Part shown: in pieces, positions 18,328-28,080 of the stretch
Layout: every line of letters begins with the position of its first letter
Numbering within the stretch: the stretch's first letter is position 1
Source of the DNA: an uncultured Candidatus Saccharibacteria bacterium
GTDB lineage: Bacteria; Patescibacteriota; CPR2; UBA1875; CAIMLA01
NCBI GenBank assembly: GCA_964511435.1
Contig: CAZEFH010000002.1
Location: 8,416-72,415, forward strand
Direction of reading: 5' to 3'
DNA: 64,000 nucleotides
Notes under the pieces: model-generated
Seen by the model: the letters and a program-made list of their open reading frames with translations, nothing else
What the model was told of the DNA's origin: nothing
Database searches by the model: none
Translations under genes and position numbers: made by a program

Positions 18328-20541
18328 ATGAAATCAAACATGGAACTTAGTAAATATAAGTTATTTATTATTGGAATAACCACAGCCCTTACAATTATCG
18401 GTGCAAATTTTTTCGTGTCTCCAAATAAGACAGTTGCCATCAGTGGGAGTGATTGGTTAGCGGGGAATATTATTGCTGACACATTATTTTATAATGGCAG
18501 TTCGATGACTACAGCTCAGGTTCAGGCGTTTTTGATGACGAAAGTGTCCAACTGTGATACAAATGGTACTCAACCGGCAGCAGAATATGGGCGTTCAGAT
18601 ATTACTCACGCCCAGTATGCAGCACTTAATGGATGGTCGGCACCTCCGTATTATTGTCTAACAACTTATCGACAAGTTCCCCGCGCTGACACCGTAATCA
18701 ATAGTTATAATGCTAGTAGCGTTTCTTTGGATAGCCAGGGTGCACTGACAGCGGCTCAAATTATTCAAAAGGCAGCCTCAACTTATGGGATTAGTTCGGA
18801 AGCGCTGATTGCTACATTGCAAAAAGAATCACCCGGACCTCTTGTAACAGACACTTGGCCTCTCTCTTCACAGTATCGAAACGCCATGGGTTATGGTTGC
18901 CCAGATGGAGCACCATGTGATCCTACCTTTGAAGGCTTTTATAATCAGGTTATGAATGCAGCAAAACAGTTTAAAAAGTATAAAGATAGCCCAGAATTAT
19001 TTAGGTATAAGTCTGGCCAAAACAACACAATTCTTTACAATCCAGATACCAGCTGTGGTAGTTCGAGCGTATATGTCCAGAATAATGCTACAGCTGGGCT
19101 GTATAACTATACTCCATACCAGCCAAATGCCGCTGCTCTTGCAAATCTTTACGGCACAGGGGATTACTGCAGTGCTTATGGAAACAGAAATTTTTGGCGA
19201 ATATATAACGACTGGTTTGATCAAGTTCAAATTATCGCTAACTCTCTTTCTTTCCCATATCTTTTCACTTCTGACGCAACCCCGGCAGTTGGTCAAGATG
19301 TAACAGCTGACTTTGATATCTATAACAATACCGATACAGATATCATTCTGGATTCTGTTGGTTATATAGGAAGAGCTTCAAATGGTAATAATCGTGATTT
19401 TGGTTGGCGTGGTCCTGTGACCGTTCCAGCCAAGGATAAATACGTCTTCTCGTCAACCTTAAGGGTAAAGGACGTTGGAACGGTTTCTATTACACCTGCA
19501 TTCAACTATCGGGGATCATTCTATCTATATAATGACAAAAAGACAGTACTCACAACTCACTTCCCAAACATTACAGTAACAACCCCAATTTCAATGACAC
19601 CTACAAGTGCGATTGCTGGTCAACAAGTGACCTTGGCGGCCACTGTTACTAACAATGAGGATCATACCATCAACTATGATAACCTTGGTTTTGGTGTGCG
19701 TCTTGGTACAAAAAACTATGATACTGGTTGGGCTGGATCTGGCTCAATTGCTGCTAGCGCCACGAAAAATCTTTCAGGGAAAGTTATGCCAGCGCAGTCA
19801 GGGACTCTCAGTGTTTGGGTAGGGAATTATTTTTCTGGGGAATGGGGCACTTTTGCTGGTTCTAATAAGTCATTTAATATAAATCCATTTCGACAAAGTT
19901 ACCTCTCTTTCCCATATCTTTTCACTTCTGACGCAACCCCGGCAGTTGGTCAAGATGTAACAGCTGACTTTGATATCTATAACAATACCGATACAGATAT
20001 CATTCTGGATTCTGTTGGTTATATAGGAAGAGCTTCAAATGGTAATAATCGTGATTTTGGTTGGCGTGGTCCTGTGACCGTTCCAGCCAAGGATAAATAC
20101 GTCTTCTCGTCAACCTTAAGGGTAAAGGACGTTGGAACGGTTTCTATTACACCTGCATTCAACTATCGGGGATCATTCTATCTATATAATGACAAAAAGA
20201 CAGTACTCACAACTCACTTCCCAAACATTACAGTAACAACCCCAATTTCAATGACACCTACAAGTGCGATTGCTGGTCAACAAGTGACCTTGGCGGCCAC
20301 TGTTACTAACAATGAGGATCATACCATCAACTATGATAACCTTGGTTTTGGTGTGCGTCTTGGTACAAAAAACTATGATACTGGTTGGGCTGGATCTGGC
20401 TCAATTGCTGCTAGCGCCACGAAAAATCTTTCAGGGAAAGTTATGCCAGCGCAGTCAGGGACTCTCAGTGTTTGGGTAGGGATGCTCCAAACATCATACT
20501 GGTTAAGCCTTTCTAATAAAGTATTGTTTACTGTACAATAA
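18328..20541 (+). CDS. Large secreted protein of unknown function containing a perfect internal tandem duplication (two 219-aa repeats)
   Basis: It has a signal/TM N-terminus. Residues from SFPYLFTSDATPAVGQD to TLSVWVG occur twice with identical DNA. Confidence 0.5.
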   Translation: MKSNMELSKYKLFIIGITTALTIIGANFFVSPNKTVAISGSDWLAGNIIADTLFYNGSSMTTAQVQAFLMTKVSNCDTNGTQPAAEYGRSDITHAQYAALNGWSAPPYYCLTTYRQVPRADTVINSYNASSVSLDSQGALTAAQIIQKAASTYGISSEALIATLQKESPGPLVTDTWPLSSQYRNAMGYGCPDGAPCDPTFEGFYNQVMNAAKQFKKYKDSPELFRYKSGQNNTILYNPDTSCGSSSVYVQNNATAGLYNYTPYQPNAAALANLYGTGDYCSAYGNRNFWRIYNDWFDQVQIIANSLSFPYLFTSDATPAVGQDVTADFDIYNNTDTDIILDSVGYIGRASNGNNRDFGWRGPVTVPAKDKYVFSSTLRVKDVGTVSITPAFNYRGSFYLYNDKKTVLTTHFPNITVTTPISMTPTSAIAGQQVTLAATVTNNEDHTINYDNLGFGVRLGTKNYDTGWAGSGSIAASATKNLSGKVMPAQSGTLSVWVGNYFSGEWGTFAGSNKSFNINPFRQSYLSFPYLFTSDATPAVGQDVTADFDIYNNTDTDIILDSVGYIGRASNGNNRDFGWRGPVTVPAKDKYVFSSTLRVKDVGTVSITPAFNYRGSFYLYNDKKTVLTTHFPNITVTTPISMTPTSAIAGQQVTLAATVTNNEDHTINYDNLGFGVRLGTKNYDTGWAGSGSIAASATKNLSGKVMPAQSGTLSVWVGMLQTSYWLSLSNKVLFTVQ
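19251..20482 (+). repeat. Direct tandem repeat with a 657-bp period; about 575 bp of each copy is identical (19251..19825 and 19908..20482)
   Basis: A string comparison of the two copies was made. The period is a multiple of 3 (219 codons). Confidence 0.85.
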
Positions 20542-20561
20542 ACGTATTAAGGCAGAGCCGA

Positions 20562-22058
20562 ATGCTAAAATTCAAAATTAACCCCAATCCTATCATAAAG
20601 ACGATAAGTCGAGGACTTCCATATTTGGGAGTATTGATTTTGTCTCCAGCGGTCATGTTGATTTGTTACGTTGGTCTTTTTCAGAGACCAATTGCCGATG
20701 ATTTTTGCACGCTTTCTGTTGTAGCCGCAAACGGTTACTGGGGGACTTTATTTAAATATTTTGGCATTAGATATGGCAGTTCAATATTTTCATATTTTAT
20801 TGCTCTTTTTGGAGCTCAGTCATTTCAATTTCTTGTCATGATTTTGTTTGTAATCTTGGTATTGTTTTGCTATCTATTGTTGCGCCTGCTTACAAAAATT
20901 GCCCAAAGCGGGAATATGATAAAGTCAATTTTATTAGCCGAAACACTGTTTGCTGGCCTTTTTCTATTGACACCAAAGCCAAGCGAGTCATTATATTGGT
21001 TTGGGGCTTCAATTGTCTATACTTGGCCCCTTTTATTCATTTTTATTGCAATACTTTTTGGTGGGTTTGTTCTGAGCAATAATAATAAGAAGTTACAATT
21101 TTCAGGAGTTATAATACTATTTATTTTAACCTATTTTACCTTTGGATTCAGTGAATCATTAGCATTTGCTTTTTTACCAATTACGGTAGGACTAGTGATT
21201 CTGTCTGTTGTGAAACGACACAATAAAGCGTTGTTAGCCGCAAGTATATTATTTGCAAACATTTTTTCTATTGTGACTATGTATCTACTTCCGGCCAGGG
21301 TGCAAAGGGCCCAGATGTATAAAGATGCAGGGATTATTTTTAAACCAACCATACAAGACGTAGTTGTCGGATCACTTCAAGGCGCACTTTCGTTTTTCAA
21401 GACGATTGTTATTACGCCGCAATACCTGGTAATAACGGTATTTATTTTCGTGATTAGTTTTTTTGTTTTTTATGGTCAAAATAGTTTTAAAATCCAAATT
21501 AATTTTAAAGGTTATATAAATAAGTTAATAATATTCCTATTCTTTTTAGTGCTGCCATTTAGTGTCTGGTTTTGCCTAATACCTGGGTATTATGTCTTTC
21601 CTGATGGACCACCAAGCAGGTCTTTTGTTACGATGGTTTTCTTATTTATTGCCTACGTCTTTATGTTTGCATTTGTCTTTGCCGCCTATATTAAGCAGCT
21701 AAACTTTGATGTGTCAGCTATTAATCTACGAACAAAAATCCTTGTAGTAATGTTAGTTTGCGCATTGGTTACTGCTGGAAGTTTATTTATTTACAAAAAT
21801 CACAGATATAGCCTCTCTAGAATCTATAGCAAGGTGACATATATAATTGACTATAATAAAAAGTTTGCCTATAACTATGATCTAAGAGAAAGATATATTC
21901 TTGAGCAAAAGAAAACAGGGAAAGTGTTGATTGAGTTTCCTTCTATTGTAGACAATGAATCTCCTGAACGAAATATGACCACCGAATCAAGCCATTGGAT
22001 AAACGTTTGTGCTGCAAACTACTATGGCGTAAAAAAGTTGAAACTAGTCTCTCAATAG
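20562..22058 (+). CDS. Polytopic integral membrane protein, possibly a GT-C-type (ArnT/GtrC-like) glycosyltransferase
   Basis: At least 12 predicted TM helices are present. It lies in the glycopolymer cluster next to GtrB-like and flippase genes. Confidence 0.35.
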   Translation: MLKFKINPNPIIKTISRGLPYLGVLILSPAVMLICYVGLFQRPIADDFCTLSVVAANGYWGTLFKYFGIRYGSSIFSYFIALFGAQSFQFLVMILFVILVLFCYLLLRLLTKIAQSGNMIKSILLAETLFAGLFLLTPKPSESLYWFGASIVYTWPLLFIFIAILFGGFVLSNNNKKLQFSGVIILFILTYFTFGFSESLAFAFLPITVGLVILSVVKRHNKALLAASILFANIFSIVTMYLLPARVQRAQMYKDAGIIFKPTIQDVVVGSLQGALSFFKTIVITPQYLVITVFIFVISFFVFYGQNSFKIQINFKGYINKLIIFLFFLVLPFSVWFCLIPGYYVFPDGPPSRSFVTMVFLFIAYVFMFAFVFAAYIKQLNFDVSAINLRTKILVVMLVCALVTAGSLFIYKNHRYSLSRIYSKVTYIIDYNKKFAYNYDLRERYILEQKKTGKVLIEFPSIVDNESPERNMTTESSHWINVCAANYYGVKKLKLVSQ

Positions 22059-23162
22059 GGCAATTAAAAGGGTTTTGTGGATACCGTCGTATTTCTGGCC
22101 CAACAATCTTGAATTACTTGAGTAATGGTCGTAGTTATCAAAAATCTTTTCGATTGCACTTACATACTCACTTACCTTCATGCTAGAAACGATGCCTGCT
22201 TTATTACTAACAATCTCTCCCGTGGTAGAGTGGGAGTCTGTGGTTAGGATCGGAAGTCCAAAAAACATATATTCTCTACATTTAGTGCTATCTCCAAATT
22301 GATTGAAGCCCCAGGCACCAGTATAAAGGGCTAAGCCAACCCCAGCCCTGGACGCATGTTTTAAAGTCTCTTCGAGAGTCATATGTCCTAGCAACTTAAT
22401 ATACTTTGATGCAGAATTTTTCTTAATAAAATTATTGAGGGCCTTTTCTTCTGGGCCATTTCCAATTATTTCATATTCTATGTCAGGGTATTTTTTAGAA
22501 AGTTCCTTAACGGCTAAAATAGAATTTTTAAAATCTAATTGATTGTCGATAATGCCGTAGGTTATTAGTCTGTGTCGATAATGCTTGTTTGATTGAAGAT
22601 AAGAGTACTTAGTTGGTGGAACATTTGGTACAAATATATTTTTAGTATCCTCTAAACCCATTTCTCTGCGGATTTGACAAATTTTTGTTGAAACTGACCA
22701 TACTTCATCAGAATTTTTGACACAATACTTATCAATAGAATGGTAAATTGAATTTAACCATATATTATCGAACCTTTTGGGTGAATAGTCTGGAGTAAAG
22801 AACACTATTTTTTCTACTTTGTTGATTTTTTTTAACAACACCCCGGCGAGGGTATTAAGAGGGTCTACCCCAATAAATATATCGGTTTTTTTGACAAATG
22901 TGAAAAAGGTAAAAGTGGACATGATTTCTGTCAGATACCGTAATGGCGCGACCTTTGAAATGATTGCTAGCTTGTGGAAAGTAGGCCTTGAATTCGCATT
23001 CTGAAGTTCGATTCTTGATGGTAGTTTGCCGTCCATAGAATGTCTAACAAAATAATATTCACTGCCGATATCGTTTAGATTATCGCGCAACACGTTCCCA
23101 ATACCATCATATTCTTTGCCGTTTATTAATGCGGTGTGTGTAGCAATAGCAAGTTTTTTCAT
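22044..23162 (-). CDS. Glycosyltransferase family 4
   Basis: The C-terminal GT4 motif is FFGLPILTTD...GEIV. Confidence 0.7.
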   Translation of the reverse strand: MKKLAIATHTALINGKEYDGIGNVLRDNLNDIGSEYYFVRHSMDGKLPSRIELQNANSRPTFHKLAIISKVAPLRYLTEIMSTFTFFTFVKKTDIFIGVDPLNTLAGVLLKKINKVEKIVFFTPDYSPKRFDNIWLNSIYHSIDKYCVKNSDEVWSVSTKICQIRREMGLEDTKNIFVPNVPPTKYSYLQSNKHYRHRLITYGIIDNQLDFKNSILAVKELSKKYPDIEYEIIGNGPEEKALNNFIKKNSASKYIKLLGHMTLEETLKHASRAGVGLALYTGAWGFNQFGDSTKCREYMFFGLPILTTDSHSTTGEIVSNKAGIVSSMKVSEYVSAIEKIFDNYDHYSSNSRLLGQKYDGIHKTLLIALLRD

Positions 23163-23986
23163 CAGGAATTCCGTATTAAGTTGAATAGCGAAACCTTGAG
23201 ATTGGCCGGTATTAGATAAATTGAAATGAATTGAGCGATATTGTAAATATAGTCGAAAACCGTTGGGTGGTAGGCAGGACTTTTACTATATTTTAGACGC
23301 AGCCGGATAGATACAAGCTCCATTTCTTTTAGCTTACTTCGTGTAAGGGAGTTGCTGTTTTGTCGGTAGCGAATAGCTAATTGTTGTATATTTGCAAATT
23401 GATATTTTTCGCCAGCCCTAAAAAGCATTTCTAGATCTTCAGAGACCCTTAACTCTGGGTTAAATTTACCAACAGTTTCAAAAACAGTCTTTCGATACAT
23501 AGAGGCTGGGTTTGCAACTGGATTATATTGAAAGATCTTGTTTCGCAGGGATTTATCGTCTTTTGCATATTTTCTTACTGAAGAACTGATTCCTTCTCCG
23601 AAAATTTCAATAAAGCCCCCAACAACTCCAACCTCAGGAGTTGTTTCCATGTAATTTACTTGGGATTCGATTCGGTCTGATAGAGAAATATCATCAGCGT
23701 CCTGCCAGGCAATGTATTTGCCGTTTGCTTTTGATATGGCAAAGTTGCGTACCCAGCCAACGCCCATATTTTCTTTGTTATAAAAGGCTAAGATATTATT
23801 ATGGCTTTTGGAGTAGCGTCTGATAATGTCGGCTGTCTTGTCTCTCGAGCGGTCATCAATGATGATAATCTCAATATTTTTATAAGTTTGTTTTAAGATG
23901 CTATCAATAGCATCTTTTAAGTATTCCTGAGCATTATAGGCAGGGATAATTACGCTGACCAAGGGTTGACTGTTGTTATTTTTCAC
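23162..23986 (-). CDS. Glycosyltransferase family 2
   Basis: The N-terminus is VSVIIPAYNAQEYL..AIDSIL.QTYKNIEIIIIDDRS.D.T. Confidence 0.75.
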   Translation of the reverse strand: MKNNNSQPLVSVIIPAYNAQEYLKDAIDSILKQTYKNIEIIIIDDRSRDKTADIIRRYSKSHNNILAFYNKENMGVGWVRNFAISKANGKYIAWQDADDISLSDRIESQVNYMETTPEVGVVGGFIEIFGEGISSSVRKYAKDDKSLRNKIFQYNPVANPASMYRKTVFETVGKFNPELRVSEDLEMLFRAGEKYQFANIQQLAIRYRQNSNSLTRSKLKEMELVSIRLRLKYSKSPAYHPTVFDYIYNIAQFISIYLIPANLKVSLFNLIRNS

Positions 23987-24962
23987 GCGCTATCTCTTCG
24001 CGAACTATGTATGTTGGCCGTCCTTTAACGGCATTGAAAATATCTACAAGGTAGACCGCAATGATTCCTTGAAAAGTAGAGAGTATGCCCGTAATAAAAA
24101 TTATTACAGTTAAAAGAACTACATTATTGCTCACATAGTTGTAGTTAATAAATATCTTCAAATAGGCCATAATTAGTAGGCCAACTAGGGAAACTCCCGA
24201 AAGTGCGATTCCAATCCCGATAATGACTTTAAGTGGAGCCATGCTGAATGAAGTTAACCCCAGTCTTGCGAGTTCTATCATTTTCTTTATAGTGAACGAA
24301 GACTTCCCATAACTTCTTGCTCCAGCTTTATATTCAACTTCAGTCGATCTAAAACCAATCCAATTAAATAGACCTCGATAAAACTTGGGACTTTCAGGCA
24401 TGCTGTTAATTTTGTCCAACACTTTACGATCGACAAGTCGGAAATCGGCTTCACCATCCCTTAGATTTAAACCACTAAAAGTATTCAATATGAAATAAAA
24501 GATTGTTGAAGTGATTCTTTTAAAAACTGAGACGCCCTCAGTGAATATCCTGATTGTTTTTACTACATCAAAGCCATTTTCCCATTCAGATATGAGTTTA
24601 GGAATTAGAGACGGAGGCTGTTGTAAGTCACCATCCATCATAATAATGGCATCGCCCGTAGCCGCTTCAAGTCCAGCCTGAAGTGCAGCCGCGTGGCCGA
24701 AATTACGACTAAATGACAACGCCTTGATATGCTCATTTCTAGCAAGATCGACTAGTTTGTCCCAGGTATCGTCAACCGAGCCATCATTAATGTAAATGAT
24801 TTCAAAGTCGTATTTATCATATAATAGATGGCTCTTTAATTCTTTGTAAAAACTACTTATATTACCACTTTCGTTATAACAGGGAATCACAATCGATATT
24901 TTTTTCTTTTTGCTCATTATTTTCTCCAGATTAGATAAATACCACCGACAAGTGCAACGCAA
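23976..24962 (-). CDS. Polyprenyl-phosphate glycosyltransferase (GtrB/ArnC/DPM1-like GT2 with C-terminal TM helices)
   Basis: The motifs ISIVIPCYNE and DGDLQQPP are followed by two C-terminal TM helices. The true start is probably at 24917. Confidence 0.75.
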   Translation of the reverse strand: MRCTCRWYLSNLEKIMSKKKKISIVIPCYNESGNISSFYKELKSHLLYDKYDFEIIYINDGSVDDTWDKLVDLARNEHIKALSFSRNFGHAAALQAGLEAATGDAIIMMDGDLQQPPSLIPKLISEWENGFDVVKTIRIFTEGVSVFKRITSTIFYFILNTFSGLNLRDGEADFRLVDRKVLDKINSMPESPKFYRGLFNWIGFRSTEVEYKAGARSYGKSSFTIKKMIELARLGLTSFSMAPLKVIIGIGIALSGVSLVGLLIMAYLKIFINYNYVSNNVVLLTVIIFITGILSTFQGIIAVYLVDIFNAVKGRPTYIVREEIAREK

Positions 24963-26176
24963 TTAGCTATTAATAAGTCGATAATAATATCAAATAACTG
25001 TCCATGATTCAATATCACTAGTATATAAAATACTAGAAGACTTAGCAAAACTGGGAAAAGGGCCCAATACTTCCTAACTGATAGGTGATAAGTAAAAATT
25101 AGGTTTACGATAGACGATACTAGCATTACCAACCCTAAGGGGACTAGTAAATAATAAAACGTTTGGAATTTTGCACCCATTAAAATCCCAATTATTAGTT
25201 TTGGGAAAAGAGCGAATCCAGCTAGACCAATAAGTCCAAGACTGACAAGAATTGCTATAGACCTGTATAGTAATTTCCTGTTTTGCGATGGGGAGTTTTT
25301 CGTGCTAACACTGGCCAATAGGACTCCAGGAACTGATGCGGTCAAAAAATATATAATTCGAGCAATTGTCGATATCCCACTATAAAAACCAGCAATTTCT
25401 GAAGAAAAATATTTTCTTACTACAAGAACGTCTGCGGTATATAAAACGGTTAGCCCAAATAAAACTGAAATAATAAACAGTCCCAGCTTAGCTTGCTGCG
25501 AAATTATTTTCTTCTCAGACAAAAACTGTTTTCCTCTTAGTATTATAGGAAGATTAAATTTAGAAAATGGAACTTCTTTTTTAGTATTTGAGTATAAATA
25601 AGCCCAAGTTATTACAAGAGAAAGAGTATATCCCCAGATTGCCCCTGTTACCTGTATGCCTAATAGTATTAGAATTGAGGCCAAAATCAGTTTACCGATT
25701 GAGTAGATAATATTTCCAATAGAAACCTTGCTTAGGTGTAGCTTTGATTGCAAATAATATAAACGAAAGATATAGGGTACGGTTATGACAAAGAGCGGAG
25801 CAAGGGAAATAATCCCAGCTGTTCCGCTGTATTTAAGGTTAATAGCAAGTAGTGGGCTAAGTAAGATAATAGTTATTCCAACGATTAAGGAGATAAATAG
25901 TGCTATTCTTTCTAATTCAGTAAGAATTAATCCTTTTTCATCGTCACTTGAATGATTATTTTGTATGTTGATTATTAGATAACCAAAAGAAGTAAAGATT
26001 ACTCCAAATTCCATGTAAAGAGTGATTAGTGATTGGACTTCGCCAAAGTTTGCGACTGACAGTAATCTGCTTATTACTGGATAATATAAATAATTAAAAA
26101 ACGAAAACGATAACGTTCCTAGGAAAAATACTAAATTGTGCTTCAGAAAATCGTTCTGTAAAAACTTTTTGACCAC
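24917..26176 (-). CDS. Polysaccharide/oligosaccharide flippase (Wzx-like, MOP superfamily)
   Basis: It is 419 aa with about 12 TM helices and sits in the glycan cluster. Confidence 0.65.
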   Translation of the reverse strand: MVKKFLQNDFLKHNLVFFLGTLSFSFFNYLYYPVISRLLSVANFGEVQSLITLYMEFGVIFTSFGYLIINIQNNHSSDDEKGLILTELERIALFISLIVGITIILLSPLLAINLKYSGTAGIISLAPLFVITVPYIFRLYYLQSKLHLSKVSIGNIIYSIGKLILASILILLGIQVTGAIWGYTLSLVITWAYLYSNTKKEVPFSKFNLPIILRGKQFLSEKKIISQQAKLGLFIISVLFGLTVLYTADVLVVRKYFSSEIAGFYSGISTIARIIYFLTASVPGVLLASVSTKNSPSQNRKLLYRSIAILVSLGLIGLAGFALFPKLIIGILMGAKFQTFYYLLVPLGLVMLVSSIVNLIFTYHLSVRKYWALFPVLLSLLVFYILVILNHGQLFDIIIDLLIANCVALVGGIYLIWRK

Positions 26177-26250
26177 AGTTGTATTCTACTATTTATCAGC
26201 CTGGTTTTGAAGGTAATAATAGAGTAAAATCAAATATGTAAGGAGATAGA

Positions 26251-27240
26251 ATGAGTAAAATACTTGTTACTGGTGGGGCCGGTTATATAGGAAGCCACAC
26301 TGTAAGAAAACTACGTGAAGCTGGCTATGAAATAGTAATATACGACAACCTATCTTCTGGTCACAGGGATGCCATCAAGGAGTTTCGTCTGATTGAGGGC
26401 AATCTCGAAGATCTTGAAAAGCTAGATAAAGTCTTTGAAGCTGAAAAATTTGAAGCGGTGGTCCATTTTGCCGGTAGTATCGAAGCGGGCGAATCAAATA
26501 CTGACCCGAAACGTTTCTTTCAGAATAATTTCGTCAACAGTCTGAATCTAGCCGATATGATGGTGAAACACGGAGTAAAAAAGATTATTTTTTCGTCCAC
26601 GGCCGCTGTATATGGTGAGCCAGAGAAAATGCCGGTGGTTGAAACTTCACCCACTGAGCCAACGAATATTTATGGACTTTCAAAACTGATGTTTGAACAT
26701 GTTCTTAAGGCTTATGACTATGCCTATGGACTAAAGTCGGTCGCCTTACGCTATTTTAATGCGACCGGGGCTGACCCATCTGGAGAGATTGGGCCGGACC
26801 ATAAGCACAAAACACACCTTTTGACCGTAGCTTTCCTAACGGCACTCGGTAAGCGGGACGCCATAAGTATCTTTGGAACGGATTATCCAACCGAAGATGG
26901 AACTGGAGTTCGAGACTATGTTCACGTAAACGATCTCGCAGACGCACATGTGCTTGCATTAAAATATCTTGATGCAGGGAATGATAGTAATATCTTTAAC
27001 CTTGGGAATGAGCGTGGCAATTCAGTGAGAGAAGTGATTGAGATTGCAAAAGATGTTTCTGGTGTTGACTTTAAAGTTATTGAAGAAGCGCGTAGAGATG
27101 GCGACCCAGCGAAGATTGTTGCTAGTTCAGGTAAAGCAAAAGATATCCTCGGGTGGAAGCCTCAGCTCGAAGACCTTCGAAGAATAGAAGAAACAGCATG
27201 GAAGTGGCATAGCGGCCACCCAGACGGCTATAAGGACTAG
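26251..27240 (+). CDS. galE: UDP-glucose 4-epimerase
   Basis: The N-terminus is ILVTGGAGYIGSHT. A YxxxK SDR catalytic motif is present. The length is 329 aa. Confidence 0.85.
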   Translation: MSKILVTGGAGYIGSHTVRKLREAGYEIVIYDNLSSGHRDAIKEFRLIEGNLEDLEKLDKVFEAEKFEAVVHFAGSIEAGESNTDPKRFFQNNFVNSLNLADMMVKHGVKKIIFSSTAAVYGEPEKMPVVETSPTEPTNIYGLSKLMFEHVLKAYDYAYGLKSVALRYFNATGADPSGEIGPDHKHKTHLLTVAFLTALGKRDAISIFGTDYPTEDGTGVRDYVHVNDLADAHVLALKYLDAGNDSNIFNLGNERGNSVREVIEIAKDVSGVDFKVIEEARRDGDPAKIVASSGKAKDILGWKPQLEDLRRIEETAWKWHSGHPDGYKD

Positions 27241-27267
27241 TGAACAAATAGTTCAATTTATAACCTT

Positions 27268-27281
27268 TTTATGCTAAAATA
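27268..27281 (+). promoter_or_regulatory. Promoter-like motif TTTATGCTAAAATA (copy 2 of 3), with TTCAAT 17 nt upstream. The -10 ends 8 nt before the ATG, so a leaderless transcript is possible
   Basis: An exact 14-mer match to the other copies, positioned relative to the ATG at 27289. Confidence 0.45.
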
Positions 27282-27288
27282 GCGAAGT

Positions 27289-28080
27289 ATGAATGATAGT
27301 CGCTATTTTAAATACTGGCACTTAATCAAAGAAATCGCTGTCACAGACTTTAAGATGAAATATCAGGGCTCCGTTCTGGGCTATATCTGGTCTTTGGCGA
27401 AGCCTCTAGGTCTATTTACAGTACTATATGTGATATTTACGATGGTTTTTAAGTTAGGAACCGGTATTCCACATTACCCAGTATATTTGCTTTTGGGAGT
27501 AATGATTTTTCAGTTTTGGTCTGAAGCAACGTCGTCGGCAATGCTTTCAATATTTTCTAAGGGGGACTTGATTCGAAAGGTATATTTCCCACGAATAGTA
27601 TTAGTCGTCTCGGCAACAATGACTTCGCTGATAACCTTTTCTCTGAATATGATAGTGGTTCTATTCTTTGCGCTCCTAAACCATGTAGAATTGTCCTGGA
27701 ACATTTTACTTGTGATACCGGCGATAATTGAGCTTTACATATTTATTTTAGGGGTCTCTTTCTACCTTAGTGCGATGTTTGTTAAGTTTCATGACATTGG
27801 ACATATTTGGGATATTACCAATCAAGCGCTATTCTATTTAACTCCGATACTGTATTCGATCGCCGCTGTCCCAAATATCTATGCAAAATTTATGATTCTT
27901 TCTCCAATTGCTCAAACAATGCAGCAAATACGACACTCATTTATCCCGCTAGAAGGAGTCTTAACAATCCAAGATTATTGGGGGTTCGCGTATATACCGG
28001 AAATTTTTGTTTTATTTGTGTTTATATCCGGTTATTACATTTTCAACAAAATGGCCGCTAAATTTGCTGAGGAGGTTTAA
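27289..28080 (+). CDS. ABC-2 type transporter permease (Wzm/TagG-like polysaccharide exporter)
   Basis: It has 6 TM helices and the ABC-2 family layout. It sits upstream of a Wzt/TagH-like ATPase. Confidence 0.75.
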   Translation: MNDSRYFKYWHLIKEIAVTDFKMKYQGSVLGYIWSLAKPLGLFTVLYVIFTMVFKLGTGIPHYPVYLLLGVMIFQFWSEATSSAMLSIFSKGDLIRKVYFPRIVLVVSATMTSLITFSLNMIVVLFFALLNHVELSWNILLVIPAIIELYIFILGVSFYLSAMFVKFHDIGHIWDITNQALFYLTPILYSIAAVPNIYAKFMILSPIAQTMQQIRHSFIPLEGVLTIQDYWGFAYIPEIFVLFVFISGYYIFNKMAAKFAEEV

